Of a DNA stretch of 64,000 nucleotides, positions 9,593 through 19,396 are shown in pieces. Under the pieces are notes generated by a model. That model ran no database searches. It saw nothing but the letters and a program-made list of their open reading frames with translations, and was not told the origin of the DNA. The stretch covers positions 38,325 to 102,324 of the forward strand of contig PLYH01000003.1 in the NCBI GenBank assembly GCA_003153355.1. The letters run 5' to 3'. Source of the DNA: Candidatus Peregrinibacteria bacterium (lineage in GTDB: Bacteria; Patescibacteriota; Gracilibacteria; UBA1369). The position numbers and the translations under genes are program-made. Position 1 is the stretch's first letter; every line of letters starts with the position of its first letter.

Positions 9593-11289
9593 ACGTTCGA
9601 AGGCCTGAAATCAACCGCACGGAACTGGATCTGGTGGCGGCCTTTCCATTCATTGCGGTCGAGATAGCAGACGATATCCACGCTCGGACTTTGGGCTATC
9701 TGATCTGCAAACTCTCCCAATTTATAGGCGATGGTCGAGAATTTTTTGAAACCTGTCTGCGCCAAAAAAGAAAGGTGATTGCTTTCTTTTCCGACACGTC
9801 TGAGAAAATTATATTTGGCATTTTTCACTAAAAACAACGGCTGTTCGTTGCCGACGCCGAAAGGCTCCATCTGGTCCATGAATTTCATGAGGCTTTCATT
9901 GATGTCATCCGCCTGTATTTCGCAGTCGATGTTCAAAATCGGGTTCGCGTCTTTATCTTTCATAAAATGCGTTTCAGCATACTGTTCCATGTTGCGGACA
10001 AAATCCTCAAGACGGTCTTTGCGGATGTTGAAACCGGCAGCCTGGGCATGCCCGCCGAAGTGTTCAAGATAATCGCGGTTCGCGGTGAGCGCTTCCACGA
10101 CGTTAAAAGTTGCGGGGCAACGCGCCGATGCCACGAGATAGTCGCCGAAGTCCTGAAGAATCATGGCCGGTACGCCGTATTTTTCGGAAATTTTTCCGGC
10201 GATGAGACCAAGAATTCCCACGTGCCAATCCGGACTCCAGGCCACGAAAATTTTGTCGGAACGGCGGCCGGTGTATTGAGTTTCGGCTTCCAGCATGGCT
10301 TTTATGACCATCTGCTGGCGGCTCTGGTTCAGTTTTTCCAAATGTTCCGCGAGTTGTTTCCCTTTTTCTCCGTCTTCGCTCAGTAAAAGCTGAAGCGCAT
10401 AATAAGGATGATCGATGCGGCCGGCGGCGTTGATGCGCGGGCCGATTTTAAAACCGATCGTTCCGATATTGAGTTTTTCTTCGGGCAGAATGCCTGCCTG
10501 ATCTTTTAAATGCTGCAGTCCGCTCCAACGGGTATTTTTCAAAGCTTCCAGTCCGTATTTTACGATGATGCGGTTTTCGTCGCGGATCGGTCCGATGTCC
10601 GCTACAGTTCCAAGACTTGCCAGATCCAATAAAGCGTACAGATACTCTTCGCGTTCTCCTCCTTTAAAATTATCGGTGATGAGGGCTGACGCTAATTTAT
10701 AAGCCACGCCCGCACCAGTCAAACCCTTAAAGGGATATTCACAACCGGGCTGCATCGTATGCAAAATGGCGAAAGCTTTATCGGGCATTTCTTCTGGAAT
10801 GGTGTGATGATCGGTGACAATCACTTCCAGTCCATAGTTGTGGGCAAGTTCGATCTGGCTTTTGCAGGAAATACCGCAGTCCACAGTGATAGCCAGATTC
10901 ACTCCCAGTTTAATGAACTCTTCAATAAAAGCATTGCTCAATCCGTAACCGTCTTTGACGCGGTGGGGCAAACGGTAAGAAACTCTTCCACCCATGATTT
11001 TAAGCGTATTATAAAGAATGGCCGTGCCGCTAATGCCGTCAACGTCATAATCGCCGAAAATCATAATTTTTTCCTGACCGTGCACGGCTTTTTTAATCCG
11101 GGCCACCGCTTTATCCATATCCTTCATCAGGAACGGATTGTGAAAACCTTTTTTATAGTTCGGATATAAATAAGACTGAATCTGTTCCTGTTCAGTGATT
11201 CCCCTGTTGGCGAGGAGTTTTTCAGTGATGCCAAGATTGGGATCCTGGTTTTTTATCTGCCAATCTTTGTTGAGGACCGACATGGTCAT
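9589..11289 (-). CDS. recJ: single-stranded-DNA-specific exonuclease RecJ
   Basis: GDYDVDGISG, VTDHH and GGHAQAAG motifs in the canonical order. Length 566 aa. Confidence 0.92.
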   Translation of the reverse strand: MTMSVLNKDWQIKNQDPNLGITEKLLANRGITEQEQIQSYLYPNYKKGFHNPFLMKDMDKAVARIKKAVHGQEKIMIFGDYDVDGISGTAILYNTLKIMGGRVSYRLPHRVKDGYGLSNAFIEEFIKLGVNLAITVDCGISCKSQIELAHNYGLEVIVTDHHTIPEEMPDKAFAILHTMQPGCEYPFKGLTGAGVAYKLASALITDNFKGGEREEYLYALLDLASLGTVADIGPIRDENRIIVKYGLEALKNTRWSGLQHLKDQAGILPEEKLNIGTIGFKIGPRINAAGRIDHPYYALQLLLSEDGEKGKQLAEHLEKLNQSRQQMVIKAMLEAETQYTGRRSDKIFVAWSPDWHVGILGLIAGKISEKYGVPAMILQDFGDYLVASARCPATFNVVEALTANRDYLEHFGGHAQAAGFNIRKDRLEDFVRNMEQYAETHFMKDKDANPILNIDCEIQADDINESLMKFMDQMEPFGVGNEQPLFLVKNAKYNFLRRVGKESNHLSFLAQTGFKKFSTIAYKLGEFADQIAQSPSVDIVCYLDRNEWKGRHQIQFRAVDFRPSNV

Positions 11290-12257
11290 TGTGGATTAGG
11301 GATGAGTGCTGTGGGTTGTTTTTGCGCCTGCAGAAATGCTTCAATATCTTCACCTTTCAGCCAGTGGACATCCTGATAATGTCTAAACCACGTTAACTGT
11401 CTTTTGGCATAATTGCGAGTATTTTTTTTGATTTCTTCCACGGCTTCTTCCAGCGTGCAGTTCCCCCTGACATAATTGATGATTTCCTGATAGCCGATCG
11501 AACTCATGGCGGGAATTTTTTCATCAAACCCTTTCATCAATAATGTTTTCACTTCGTTGACCAGACCGCGGTGGACGAGTTCATCGACCCGCCCGTTGAT
11601 GCGTTCATACAAGGTTTCGCGCGGCCATTCGATGCCGACGGAAAAAACTTCAAACAAAGGTTCGGCCTTTTCATCGACCTTGGGAGTGTTGCCCGCGATG
11701 TTGATTTCCAGCGCGCGGATAACGTAGCGCACGTTATTGGGATGAATGCGCGCCGCTGCTTCCGGATCTTTTTCCTGAAGAATTTTGAAGAGCTGATTGG
11801 CTCCGTACTGTTCATAATATTTCTGGAGCTGGAAGCGAAGGTCGTGCTGCGGCGGCACGCGAGGAATCTGATAATTCTGAAGAATGGTATTGAGGTACAG
11901 GCCGGTGCCTCCCGTTAAAATCGGCAGATGACGACGGCGCAGGATCTCTTCGATGGCTTTCATGGCCATGCGCTTGAAATCAGATACGGTAAACTCCTGA
12001 TTGGGCTCGAGTTCGTTCAAAAGATGGTGCGGAGTACCTTCCTGCTGAGCAGGCATTATTTTGTCCGTACCGATGTCCATGTACTTATAAATCTGGCGCG
12101 AGTCCGCGGAAATAATCTCGCCGCCGAACATTTTTGCTACGCAAAGACTCAGTGCGGTTTTCCCCGATGCCGTAGCACCCAAAATCACGACCAGCGGTTT
12201 TTTCCCTTCGGCAGAAGTCCGGTCGATAAATTCGTTGAGTTGTTGGAAAATTTCCAT
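11286..12257 (-). CDS. miaA: tRNA dimethylallyltransferase
   Basis: P-loop GATASGKTALS, SADSRQIYKYMDIGTDK and GGTGLY motifs. ATGA overlap with recJ. Confidence 0.93.
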   Translation of the reverse strand: MEIFQQLNEFIDRTSAEGKKPLVVILGATASGKTALSLCVAKMFGGEIISADSRQIYKYMDIGTDKIMPAQQEGTPHHLLNELEPNQEFTVSDFKRMAMKAIEEILRRRHLPILTGGTGLYLNTILQNYQIPRVPPQHDLRFQLQKYYEQYGANQLFKILQEKDPEAAARIHPNNVRYVIRALEINIAGNTPKVDEKAEPLFEVFSVGIEWPRETLYERINGRVDELVHRGLVNEVKTLLMKGFDEKIPAMSSIGYQEIINYVRGNCTLEEAVEEIKKNTRNYAKRQLTWFRHYQDVHWLKGEDIEAFLQAQKQPTALIPNPQ

Positions 12258-12353
12258 AATGGCTTCAAGGATGTAAAGTCCTCTGGCACCCCTTTGATAG
12301 CAATTGAGTCTATCGCTAAGTTTATGGTTAAGGCAAGAGCTTGTTAATTAATA

Positions 12354-12382
12354 TTGACGTTAGCCTAAGCTTGGGCTAAATT
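12354..12382 (+). promoter_or_regulatory. putative sigma70-type promoter of the rplJL operon
   Basis: TTGACG (12354-12359), a 17-nt spacer, then TAAATT (12377-12382). Confidence 0.35.
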
Positions 12383-12389
12383 AGACCAG

Positions 12390-12530
12390 TCATAGACAGC
12401 AGGTGTCCTTGCGAAAGCGAGGTTTAAAACCCGCCGAGACGCACAATCAGCATCAAGAAGCCGTTTTACGGCGATTGAAGTATGGTAAGCGCTCAACTGT
12501 CTATGGAAGTTGAGTTTTTTATTTTATTTT
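12390..12530 (+). promoter_or_regulatory. putative ribosomal protein L10 leader with attenuator hairpin
   Basis: Long-range 9-bp pairing between CATAGACAG (12391-12399) and CTGTCTATG (12497-12505) encloses a structured GC-rich segment. An overlapping small hairpin, CTCAAC (12492-12497) with GTTGAG (12509-12514), is followed by TTTTTTATTTT. It lies directly 5' of rplJ. Confidence 0.4.
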
Positions 12531-12542
12531 TTTAACCACCCT

Positions 12543-13085
12543 ATGGCAGTTACAAAAGCTCAAAAAGGAGAGATCCTGAAGCAGCTGGAGGACCACTTTG
12601 CCAAGGCGAAAGCAATTTATTTTGCTCAGAACAAGGGCCTTCAAGTAAAAAAGGTCACTGATCTGCGCAAAAAGCTTCATAAGGAAGGCATCGACCTCGT
12701 TGTTGCCAAAAAAACCCTCATGAAACTCGCAGCCAAGAAGAACAATCTTCCCGATCTCAACGATGAGATGATGGAAGGTGCAATTGCTGCAGCTTTCAGC
12801 TACAAAGATGTCGTCATGCCGGCAAAACTTCTGTACGAATTCTCCAAGGAGAACGAAAATCTCCAACTGCTCGGCGGCGTTGTAGAAGGTAAACTTCTCA
12901 ACAAATCCGAAGCAAAACAGCTCGCAACGCTCCCATCAAGAGAGGAACTCCTGGCGAAGTTGGTCGGCAGCATGAAATCTCCGATCTCCGGTTTCCATGG
13001 CGTACTTTCTGGTGTACTCCGCAAGCTTGTCTATGGCCTTAAAGCGGTCCACGACAAAAAAGCAGCAGCAGGTCCGGCCGCATAA
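12543..13085 (+). CDS. rplJ: 50S ribosomal protein L10
   Basis: MAVTKAQKGEILKQLEDHF... is a typical L10 N-terminus, followed by rplL. The ORF-track start at 12510 (TTG) lies inside the leader hairpin, so ATG 12543 is preferred. Confidence 0.93.
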   Translation: MAVTKAQKGEILKQLEDHFAKAKAIYFAQNKGLQVKKVTDLRKKLHKEGIDLVVAKKTLMKLAAKKNNLPDLNDEMMEGAIAAAFSYKDVVMPAKLLYEFSKENENLQLLGGVVEGKLLNKSEAKQLATLPSREELLAKLVGSMKSPISGFHGVLSGVLRKLVYGLKAVHDKKAAAGPAA

Positions 13086-13142
13086 TGCGGTTTCAATCGT
13101 TCAAAGTATTTTTTATTTCTCATTTCTTAACTCTATATTCAC

Positions 13143-13538
13143 ATGTCAGACGCAAATCTCAGCAAGGATGCTCAATCTATCCTTGAAATGGTCGAAAAAC
13201 TTTCTGTTCTCGATCTCGCAAACCTCGTAAAAGCAATGGAAGAAAAATTCGGCGTTAGCGCAGCAGCTCCTATGATGATGGCTTCAGCTGGCGGTGCCGC
13301 TGCAGGTGCAGCTGCTGCTGACGAATCAGCTACAGTCACTGTTACTCTCCTTGACGGTGGAGCTCAAAAAATTAACGTGATCAAGGCTGTCCGTGAAGCT
13401 ACAGGACTTGGTCTTAAAGAAGCTAAAGACCTCGTTGACGGTGCTCCAAAGCCAGTGAAGGAAGGTATTCCACGCGATGAAGCTGCTAAACTCAAGACAG
13501 CTCTTGAAGCTGCAGGCGCAAAGGTTGAAGTTAAGTAA
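13143..13538 (+). CDS. rplL: 50S ribosomal protein L7/L12
   Basis: Ala-rich hinge, then a C-terminal domain [33 protein letters not shown]...AAGAKVEVK. Confidence 0.95.
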   Translation: MSDANLSKDAQSILEMVEKLSVLDLANLVKAMEEKFGVSAAAPMMMASAGGAAAGAAAADESATVTVTLLDGGAQKINVIKAVREATGLGLKEAKDLVDGAPKPVKEGIPRDEAAKLKTALEAAGAKVEVK

Positions 13539-13564
13539 TTCCTTTGTTCTCAAACTGAAGTTCA

Positions 13565-13596
13565 AAAAGACCTCCATTTCCGGAGGTCTTTTTTGT
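13565..13596 (+). terminator. rho-independent terminator after rplL
   Basis: 8-bp stem AGACCTCC / GGAGGTCT with a 6-nt loop, followed by TTTTTTG. Confidence 0.8.
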
Positions 13597-13660
13597 TTAG
13601 AAATTTTTTAATTTTTTTTTAGAATTCGGTCATGAGTTTTTGATATAAAGAAATTCTCGG

Positions 13661-14191
13661 ATGTTTATCAATACGTTTATGAATCAAAAATTTTCCCTTC
13701 GGAAAATCGGCCCGAAAGAAGCTCCACAGTTTTTTCAGTTACGTCTTTTGGCGCTTAAAACAGACCCGAATGCATTTGTCGCCATTCTGGAAGAGGAAGA
13801 GCAATTATCGCCTGCCGACGTTGAAAATTATCTTCGGAAAAATTACGTAATCGGCGCGTTTACCCAAAACAATCAGCTGCTCGGAACTTTAGTGTACATG
13901 GAACAGGAACGTCAAAAATTCAAACACATCGGCATTCTTGGAGGGATGTATGTTCATCCGGAGTTCCGCGGATGCGGGATCGGGAAAAAACTTCTTGCTT
14001 CAATGCTGCAAAATCTTCAAAAAATCGGGCATCTTTATTCACTGCAGCTAAAAGTCGTGACTGATAATCTTCCCGCCATCAGACTTTATGAATCTGCAGG
14101 ATTTTCGATCTGGGCAACGGAAAAAAACGCACTTCTTCACGGTGGGAATTTCTTTGATCAGCACCATATGGCGCTTCAATTCTTCCCCTAA
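13661..14191 (+). CDS. GNAT family N-acetyltransferase
   Basis: Acetyl-CoA motif A, RGCGIGKKLL. About 170 aa. C-terminal YESAGF. Confidence 0.8.
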   Translation: MFINTFMNQKFSLRKIGPKEAPQFFQLRLLALKTDPNAFVAILEEEEQLSPADVENYLRKNYVIGAFTQNNQLLGTLVYMEQERQKFKHIGILGGMYVHPEFRGCGIGKKLLASMLQNLQKIGHLYSLQLKVVTDNLPAIRLYESAGFSIWATEKNALLHGGNFFDQHHMALQFFP

Positions 14192-14288
14192 AGGCTCTTA
14201 AAACGCCCTTGTTTTACACACTCAGCGCCAGCACAGCCGGACGCATCCGCACTCTCCTGTGCTCGGCCTTTACTAAAAACCGAAAATT

Positions 14289-14297
14289 TGGTAAAAT
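14289..14297 (+). promoter_or_regulatory. putative extended -10 element (TGGTAAAAT) upstream of the pilus operon
   Basis: TGnTAAAAT lies 36 nt before ATG 14333. The same motif type recurs before other operons in this window. Confidence 0.3.
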
Positions 14298-14332
14298 AAT
14301 GAGATAAATTTAAAAATAAAAACAAACACACT

Positions 14333-15991
14333 ATGGCAGATCCTATCAAACTCGATGATTCGGGAAATACTTCCGGCTCATCGCCAAAAATCAATCTCGG
14401 TTCGCCTTCCATCGATAACGGCGGAAGCATGGGCAATATTTTTACCCAGAACCAAGCCAAAAAGGACGATTCAAAAATGATCTCTTCGATCATTTCGCAA
14501 AAGGAAGTTGCGCAAAAAACAAAATCGATCCTCGGTCCCGCTCCAACGCTGGAAAAAACAATCGAGCAGGAAAAAGAGGCTTCACTCAAACGCAAACTTC
14601 GCTTTTATCAGTTTGTTTTCCTGGTGCTCTTCGTTGCATGCGCCGCGATGTCGTTTTATTTTTATTCGGAACTTTCTCCGGATTTTACACTGCTGGGCGC
14701 CAACACGACTCAGCGGTTATCCGACACCAATGACAATCTCCGCCAGGTCCAGACTCAGGTGAGCAAAGACCAATATCTGGCCGCACAGCTTCAACTCAAC
14801 GAATTCAGTTATGAAGCCGACCGGTTTTTCAGCAGCGTTCAGAAAGTGAACGATCCGACGATCAATTCGTTCGATAAACGGACAATTTTCGCGGACCTCG
14901 ATGAATCGCAAAAAGCTCTGCCGGTGTTGCTCGGCAATGTGCGAGACCTTTTGAGCAAAGACATCATTGCACAAACCTATCCGACAGAAAAAGAACCCCA
15001 GCTCGACCAGAACGTGATACTCCAAAACGCTCAAACCGATTTACGAAACGCTTTAAGCGATGAAAAGAAAAAATACGGGCAGAATCCGACCAATGCCCAG
15101 GATATTCAGGATGTAAAATTGATCGATAATGCCATGAAACTTGTCGGCAACATCAACCTGCAGAACGTCCTTCAGGCAACCTCTTCCGACGCTTTACAGA
15201 CACAGTTAAACGATTATGTTCAAAATCCGGATCCTCAAAAATTACAGGCGCTTCAGGATGCGATCGGAAAAATTCTTTCTTCAACCAAAAGCGATCTGGC
15301 GACGATAGCGAACATCAAACAAAGCCGCATTCAGTGGTCAACGATCATCAGCCAAATTAAAGAGGTTACGCTGACGATTGATCCGAATTTTGACCAGCAG
15401 CAATTGTATGATGCGCTGGGAGGAGTCGTCTATACCGGCTACGAATTTGACTCCAACAGCAATAAGATCGTTCTTTCCGGAACAACCAAAACGCTCGACG
15501 GTTCCAATTTTACATTGATGAGTAACCTGATCGATCGTCTGGAAAGCTCGCCATATTTCCAGTCTGTTGATATGCGTTCATTTTCCAAGAGCAAGCCCGC
15601 ATCGGGTTCAGGTTCGGGATACCTGGCAAACTTCAAGATTGATCTGAGTCTGGAACCTCAGGGCACTTCAAATACAAACAACGCTCCGGTAAGCCTTCAA
15701 AATACTTCATCCGCTGCTCAGACCGGAACAAAGCGAACAACAGGCACAGATACTTCAACTCAACAATCAACAGTCGCTCCCGGAGCAGTGACATCGAGCG
15801 AGCAAAGTACATTGAACGGAGCAGCAATCCAGCCTTCTTCCGTGTCGTCTGGAGGATCCGCATCGGCACCGGTCTCGCCAGCTGCACCGACATCAACTGC
15901 GGCTGCGGCTTCGTCTGCTTCCTCACAGCAAACATCTGACTCAGGCGCGTCATCCTCAGTACCTGCGGGGACTCAACAAGTTTCTTCTTAA
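14333..15991 (+). CDS. bitopic membrane protein, possible PilN-like pilus assembly component, with S/T/A/Q-rich tail
   Basis: First gene of the pilB-pilC-pilin operon. Roughly 95-aa cytoplasmic N-terminus, a single TM (FYQFVFLVLFVACAAMSFYFY), then a coiled-coil-like ectodomain. The last roughly 120 aa are low complexity. Confidence 0.4.
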   Translation: MADPIKLDDSGNTSGSSPKINLGSPSIDNGGSMGNIFTQNQAKKDDSKMISSIISQKEVAQKTKSILGPAPTLEKTIEQEKEASLKRKLRFYQFVFLVLFVACAAMSFYFYSELSPDFTLLGANTTQRLSDTNDNLRQVQTQVSKDQYLAAQLQLNEFSYEADRFFSSVQKVNDPTINSFDKRTIFADLDESQKALPVLLGNVRDLLSKDIIAQTYPTEKEPQLDQNVILQNAQTDLRNALSDEKKKYGQNPTNAQDIQDVKLIDNAMKLVGNINLQNVLQATSSDALQTQLNDYVQNPDPQKLQALQDAIGKILSSTKSDLATIANIKQSRIQWSTIISQIKEVTLTIDPNFDQQQLYDALGGVVYTGYEFDSNSNKIVLSGTTKTLDGSNFTLMSNLIDRLESSPYFQSVDMRSFSKSKPASGSGSGYLANFKIDLSLEPQGTSNTNNAPVSLQNTSSAAQTGTKRTTGTDTSTQQSTVAPGAVTSSEQSTLNGAAIQPSSVSSGGSASAPVSPAAPTSTAAAASSASSQQTSDSGASSSVPAGTQQVSS

Positions 15992-16009
15992 TTCAATCAG
16001 CATAAAACT

Positions 16010-16693
16010 ATGGCAACAGCTACCCTCCTCAAACGCAATTACGCCAAAAGCATCCGTACGTATATGATGCTCATTCTGGTTACGGCTGCCGTCGGTCTTT
16101 ATTACGGCTATACGCAGTACACGAAACTTTCCGCGGCCCAGGACGCTCTTTCGAAAGAACAGAGCCAAATTACGGATCTGCAAAGTACCGAATCACAAGC
16201 CAGCGCTGATTACACGACTTTAAAGCAGGATTTTGATCAAAAATATTCGGGTATTCTGGATTCGCTCCAGGCCGTTTATCCGCTTCAGGAAAATTATACG
16301 GACCTCACCCGTCTTTTTGATCAGTTTTTCCAAACAAACAATACTTCTTATAATCCTGTTTTTCTGAGCGACCTGAAGTTCGGGGAGCCGCGTTATGACG
16401 CGGCTGTGGATTATGCAGTTCTCCCGGTCACCATGACCATCTCCGGCACTGAAGATAATTTCATGAAATTTCTGCAGTTTGTGGAAAACTCCGGCGTTCT
16501 CGCCGATAAAACACGTTTGATGGATGTCCGTTCCATCAGCATTAACTTTACTTCAAATGCTTCAACGGTTTCACAGAACACCATTCCGGGACAGACTCCG
16601 GCAACGGCCACGCAGCCGATGATCAATGTTTCGGTCGGTCTGAACGCTTACTTCCAGAAACCTTTCCTTCAAACTACTCCGAAGACCTCTTAG
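16010..16693 (+). CDS. bitopic membrane protein, possible PilO-like pilus assembly component
   Basis: One N-terminal TM (MMLILVTAAVGLYYGY) followed by a coiled-coil segment. Operon position is immediately upstream of pilB. Confidence 0.35.
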   Translation: MATATLLKRNYAKSIRTYMMLILVTAAVGLYYGYTQYTKLSAAQDALSKEQSQITDLQSTESQASADYTTLKQDFDQKYSGILDSLQAVYPLQENYTDLTRLFDQFFQTNNTSYNPVFLSDLKFGEPRYDAAVDYAVLPVTMTISGTEDNFMKFLQFVENSGVLADKTRLMDVRSISINFTSNASTVSQNTIPGQTPATATQPMINVSVGLNAYFQKPFLQTTPKTS

Positions 16694-16726
16694 TAAACCC
16701 TCAACGGCGCAAGTTCCTCATTTCTT

Positions 16727-17983
16727 ATGGCTGATCAACAGAAATTACAACTCCTTCAAGACGCGATTTTAGCGGGAAATATTCCGCAGCTCGTTTTGAA
16801 CATGATCAGTTATGCTTTGGAACTCCGTGCTTCAGATATTCACGTTGAGCCCGAACAAAATACGATCCGCATCCGCTACCGCGTTGACGGCGTGCTCCGT
16901 CAGATCGTCGAATATCCGCACAATATTCACCCGGCCGTTGTTTCGCGCATTAAGATTATGTCGAACATGAAGATTGATGAACAACGCGTTCCGCAGGACG
17001 GAAGATGTGAAGTAACGACCAAAGACGCACGGGAAATGGATCTGCGCGTTTCAACGCTTCCCACTATTAATGGAGAAAAGATCGTGATGCGTATCCAGGA
17101 CCGCTCAAGAAAAATTCCGGATCTGAGCGAACTCGGCATGCAGGGTAACAGTCTGAAGTTTTTTAAAGAAGCTCTGGAACTGCCGAACGGCATTATTTTA
17201 ACTACCGGTCCAACGGGTTCAGGAAAAACCACCACGATGTATTCGGCACTGGACACTTTGAACCGCATTGAAGTGAACATTCTAACAATTGAAGATCCGG
17301 TGGAAATCCAGATGGACGGTTTGAATCAGAGTCAGGTTCATCCGGACATTGATTATACCTTTGCCAACGGCTTACGTACGGCTTTGCGTCAGGATCCGAA
17401 CATCATCATGGTCGGAGAAATCCGCGACAAGGAAACCATTGATATCGCGATTGAAGCTTCATTGACGGGTCATCTGGTGCTTTCAACCATTCATACGAAC
17501 AGCGCGGTCGAAACCTTAACGCGTATTGATAACATGGGCGTTCAGCCTTTTTTGATGGTTGAGACGATTGAATTGATCATCGCTCAGCGTCTTGTCCGCA
17601 AACTCTGCGACAATTGCAAAATTCCTCAAGACAACGTTCATCCCGACATCATGGCGCTGGTGCAGAAAGCGCTCGAAAATCTTCATTCCACCGATGAAAT
17701 CGGACCGGAAGAGCTCAAGGCCATGAAATTTTATAAAGCCGTGGGCTGTGAACAGTGCGATAAAATCGGTTACCGCGGACGTCTCGGTCTTTATGAAATT
17801 ATGCGCATGAACAATGAAATCCGCAGACTCATCCTTGCCCGCGCTTCTTCCATCGACATTGAAAAAGCCGCACTCAAAAACGGCATGGTCAATCTTGAAC
17901 AGGCCGGAATCATCAAAGCTTTAAAAGGTGAAACGAGTCTGGACGAAGTATACCGCGTCGCAAAACGCATGGAAGAATATTAA
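16727..17983 (+). CDS. pilB: type IV pilus assembly ATPase (GspE/PilB family, short form)
   Basis: Walker A GPTGSGKTTT, Asp box and Walker B (IMVGEIRD), His box (TGHLVLSTIHTN), and the tetracysteine motif CDNC...CEQC typical of GspE/PilB. At 418 aa it lacks the long N-terminal domain. Confidence 0.9.
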   Translation: MADQQKLQLLQDAILAGNIPQLVLNMISYALELRASDIHVEPEQNTIRIRYRVDGVLRQIVEYPHNIHPAVVSRIKIMSNMKIDEQRVPQDGRCEVTTKDAREMDLRVSTLPTINGEKIVMRIQDRSRKIPDLSELGMQGNSLKFFKEALELPNGIILTTGPTGSGKTTTMYSALDTLNRIEVNILTIEDPVEIQMDGLNQSQVHPDIDYTFANGLRTALRQDPNIIMVGEIRDKETIDIAIEASLTGHLVLSTIHTNSAVETLTRIDNMGVQPFLMVETIELIIAQRLVRKLCDNCKIPQDNVHPDIMALVQKALENLHSTDEIGPEELKAMKFYKAVGCEQCDKIGYRGRLGLYEIMRMNNEIRRLILARASSIDIEKAALKNGMVNLEQAGIIKALKGETSLDEVYRVAKRMEEY

Positions 17984-18010
17984 AAATTACGAATTACTAA
18001 TTCAAAGGAT

Positions 18011-19297
18011 ATGCCAGAAAAACAAGCCCAGGGCTTTGGACAAGCAGACAAAGGTCAAACCTTTACCATCAACGGACAGAACGCCGAAGCCGGTTCCGAG
18101 CAGGAAGGTAAACAGATCGTGCTGAATATTGCCCAGACCAGCGGCGGCAAAGTTTTGCTCAGACAAAAAGCCAGCTACGTAAAGTATTCCGGCAATGTTC
18201 TTGTAGATACGTACCGCCGCATAAACGATTTTTTCATTGATCATTCCAGCGTAAAAATCCGCGACAAAGCCACATTTTTCCGTCTGCTGGCCGTGATGAT
18301 TAATTCCGGATTACCTTTGATCAGGTCTTTGCGGACTTTGGCGGTCCAGCAGGCAAAAAGCCCTAAACTTGCGCGCACGCTGTATGAAATGGCCACGGCG
18401 ATCGAAGCCGGAAAAAGCCTTTCAGAAGCCATGTCCGGCTATCCCGAAATTTTCAATGAAGCGCAGGTCGGTATGATCCACGCGGGTGAAGCTTCCGGAC
18501 AATTGAACAAAACCTTACGCGAACTTGCGGAAAGCGTTGAAAAAACAGCAAGTATAACATCAAAAATCCGCGGTGCACTTATTTATCCGGCAGCCATTCT
18601 TGTGCTGCTCGTCATCGTTATTTTTGTGATGATGATTGCGGTTATTCCTCAAATGACCAAACTTTTTGCCCAGACCGGACACGATTTACCTCTGCCGACG
18701 CAAATTCTGATCGCAGTGAGCAATTTCTGTTCCACATACTGGCCGATCGTCCTTTTAGTTTCTACCGCGCTTGTGGTGGGAACCGTTCTCTGGATCCACA
18801 CCCGCACGGGGAAATATATGTGGGATTACATGCTTATTAAACTGCCGATTTTCGGTCAGCTGATTCAAAAAGCCACGCTTTCAAGATTTTCACGCTCGCT
18901 GAGCAGCCTTATGAGCAGCGGCGTTCCTATTATTAAAGCCATCGAAATCACGGCAAATGCCGTAGGCAATGAAGTGTATAAAAGACGCCTGGTTTTAACA
19001 GCAGAAGATATGCGCCGCGGTATTCCGATGGCGGAAAATATGGCTGAAAGTAAACTTTTCCCGACGATGCTCGTAAACATGATCGAAGTCGGCGAACAGA
19101 CCGCCCAGCTGGAAAGCGTCACTTTAAAAGTCGCGGAATTTTACGATGAAGAGGTGGATACGGTCGTAGCAGCCCTGACCAAAGTTATGGAACCCCTTAT
19201 TATAGTTGTCATTGGTATTACGGTAGGCGGGATGGTCGCAGCGATCATGCTTCCGATCATTGAACTTACCAATATTACGGGCGGATTTACTTCATAG
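18011..19297 (+). CDS. pilC: type IV pilus platform protein (GspF/PilC family)
   Basis: Duplicated T2SS-F domains (GEASGQLNKTL... and IEVGEQTAQLESV...) and three hydrophobic TM blocks. Confidence 0.9.
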   Translation: MPEKQAQGFGQADKGQTFTINGQNAEAGSEQEGKQIVLNIAQTSGGKVLLRQKASYVKYSGNVLVDTYRRINDFFIDHSSVKIRDKATFFRLLAVMINSGLPLIRSLRTLAVQQAKSPKLARTLYEMATAIEAGKSLSEAMSGYPEIFNEAQVGMIHAGEASGQLNKTLRELAESVEKTASITSKIRGALIYPAAILVLLVIVIFVMMIAVIPQMTKLFAQTGHDLPLPTQILIAVSNFCSTYWPIVLLVSTALVVGTVLWIHTRTGKYMWDYMLIKLPIFGQLIQKATLSRFSRSLSSLMSSGVPIIKAIEITANAVGNEVYKRRLVLTAEDMRRGIPMAENMAESKLFPTMLVNMIEVGEQTAQLESVTLKVAEFYDEEVDTVVAALTKVMEPLIIVVIGITVGGMVAAIMLPIIELTNITGGFTS

Positions 19298-19311
19298 TTT
19301 CGCTGAGACAC

Positions 19312-19341
19312 TTGATTTTTGAGCCTAAAACATGGTATAGT
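19312..19341 (+). promoter_or_regulatory. putative strong promoter of the pilin gene
   Basis: TTGATT (19312-19317), an 18-nt spacer including TG, then TATAGT (19336-19341). Extended -10 TGGTATAGT. Located in the 100-nt gap after pilC. Confidence 0.5.
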
Positions 19342-19396
19342 ATATGGAAAGAAGAGAAATTTAATTTTACAAATAATAAATATTAACCCAAAAAAA

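Noticed and set aside
14188-14595. A 135-aa minus-strand ORF overlapping the end of the GNAT gene and the start of the pilus operon.
   Set aside because: It spans the promoter region and the 5' end of a better-supported + strand gene. It has no recognisable features.
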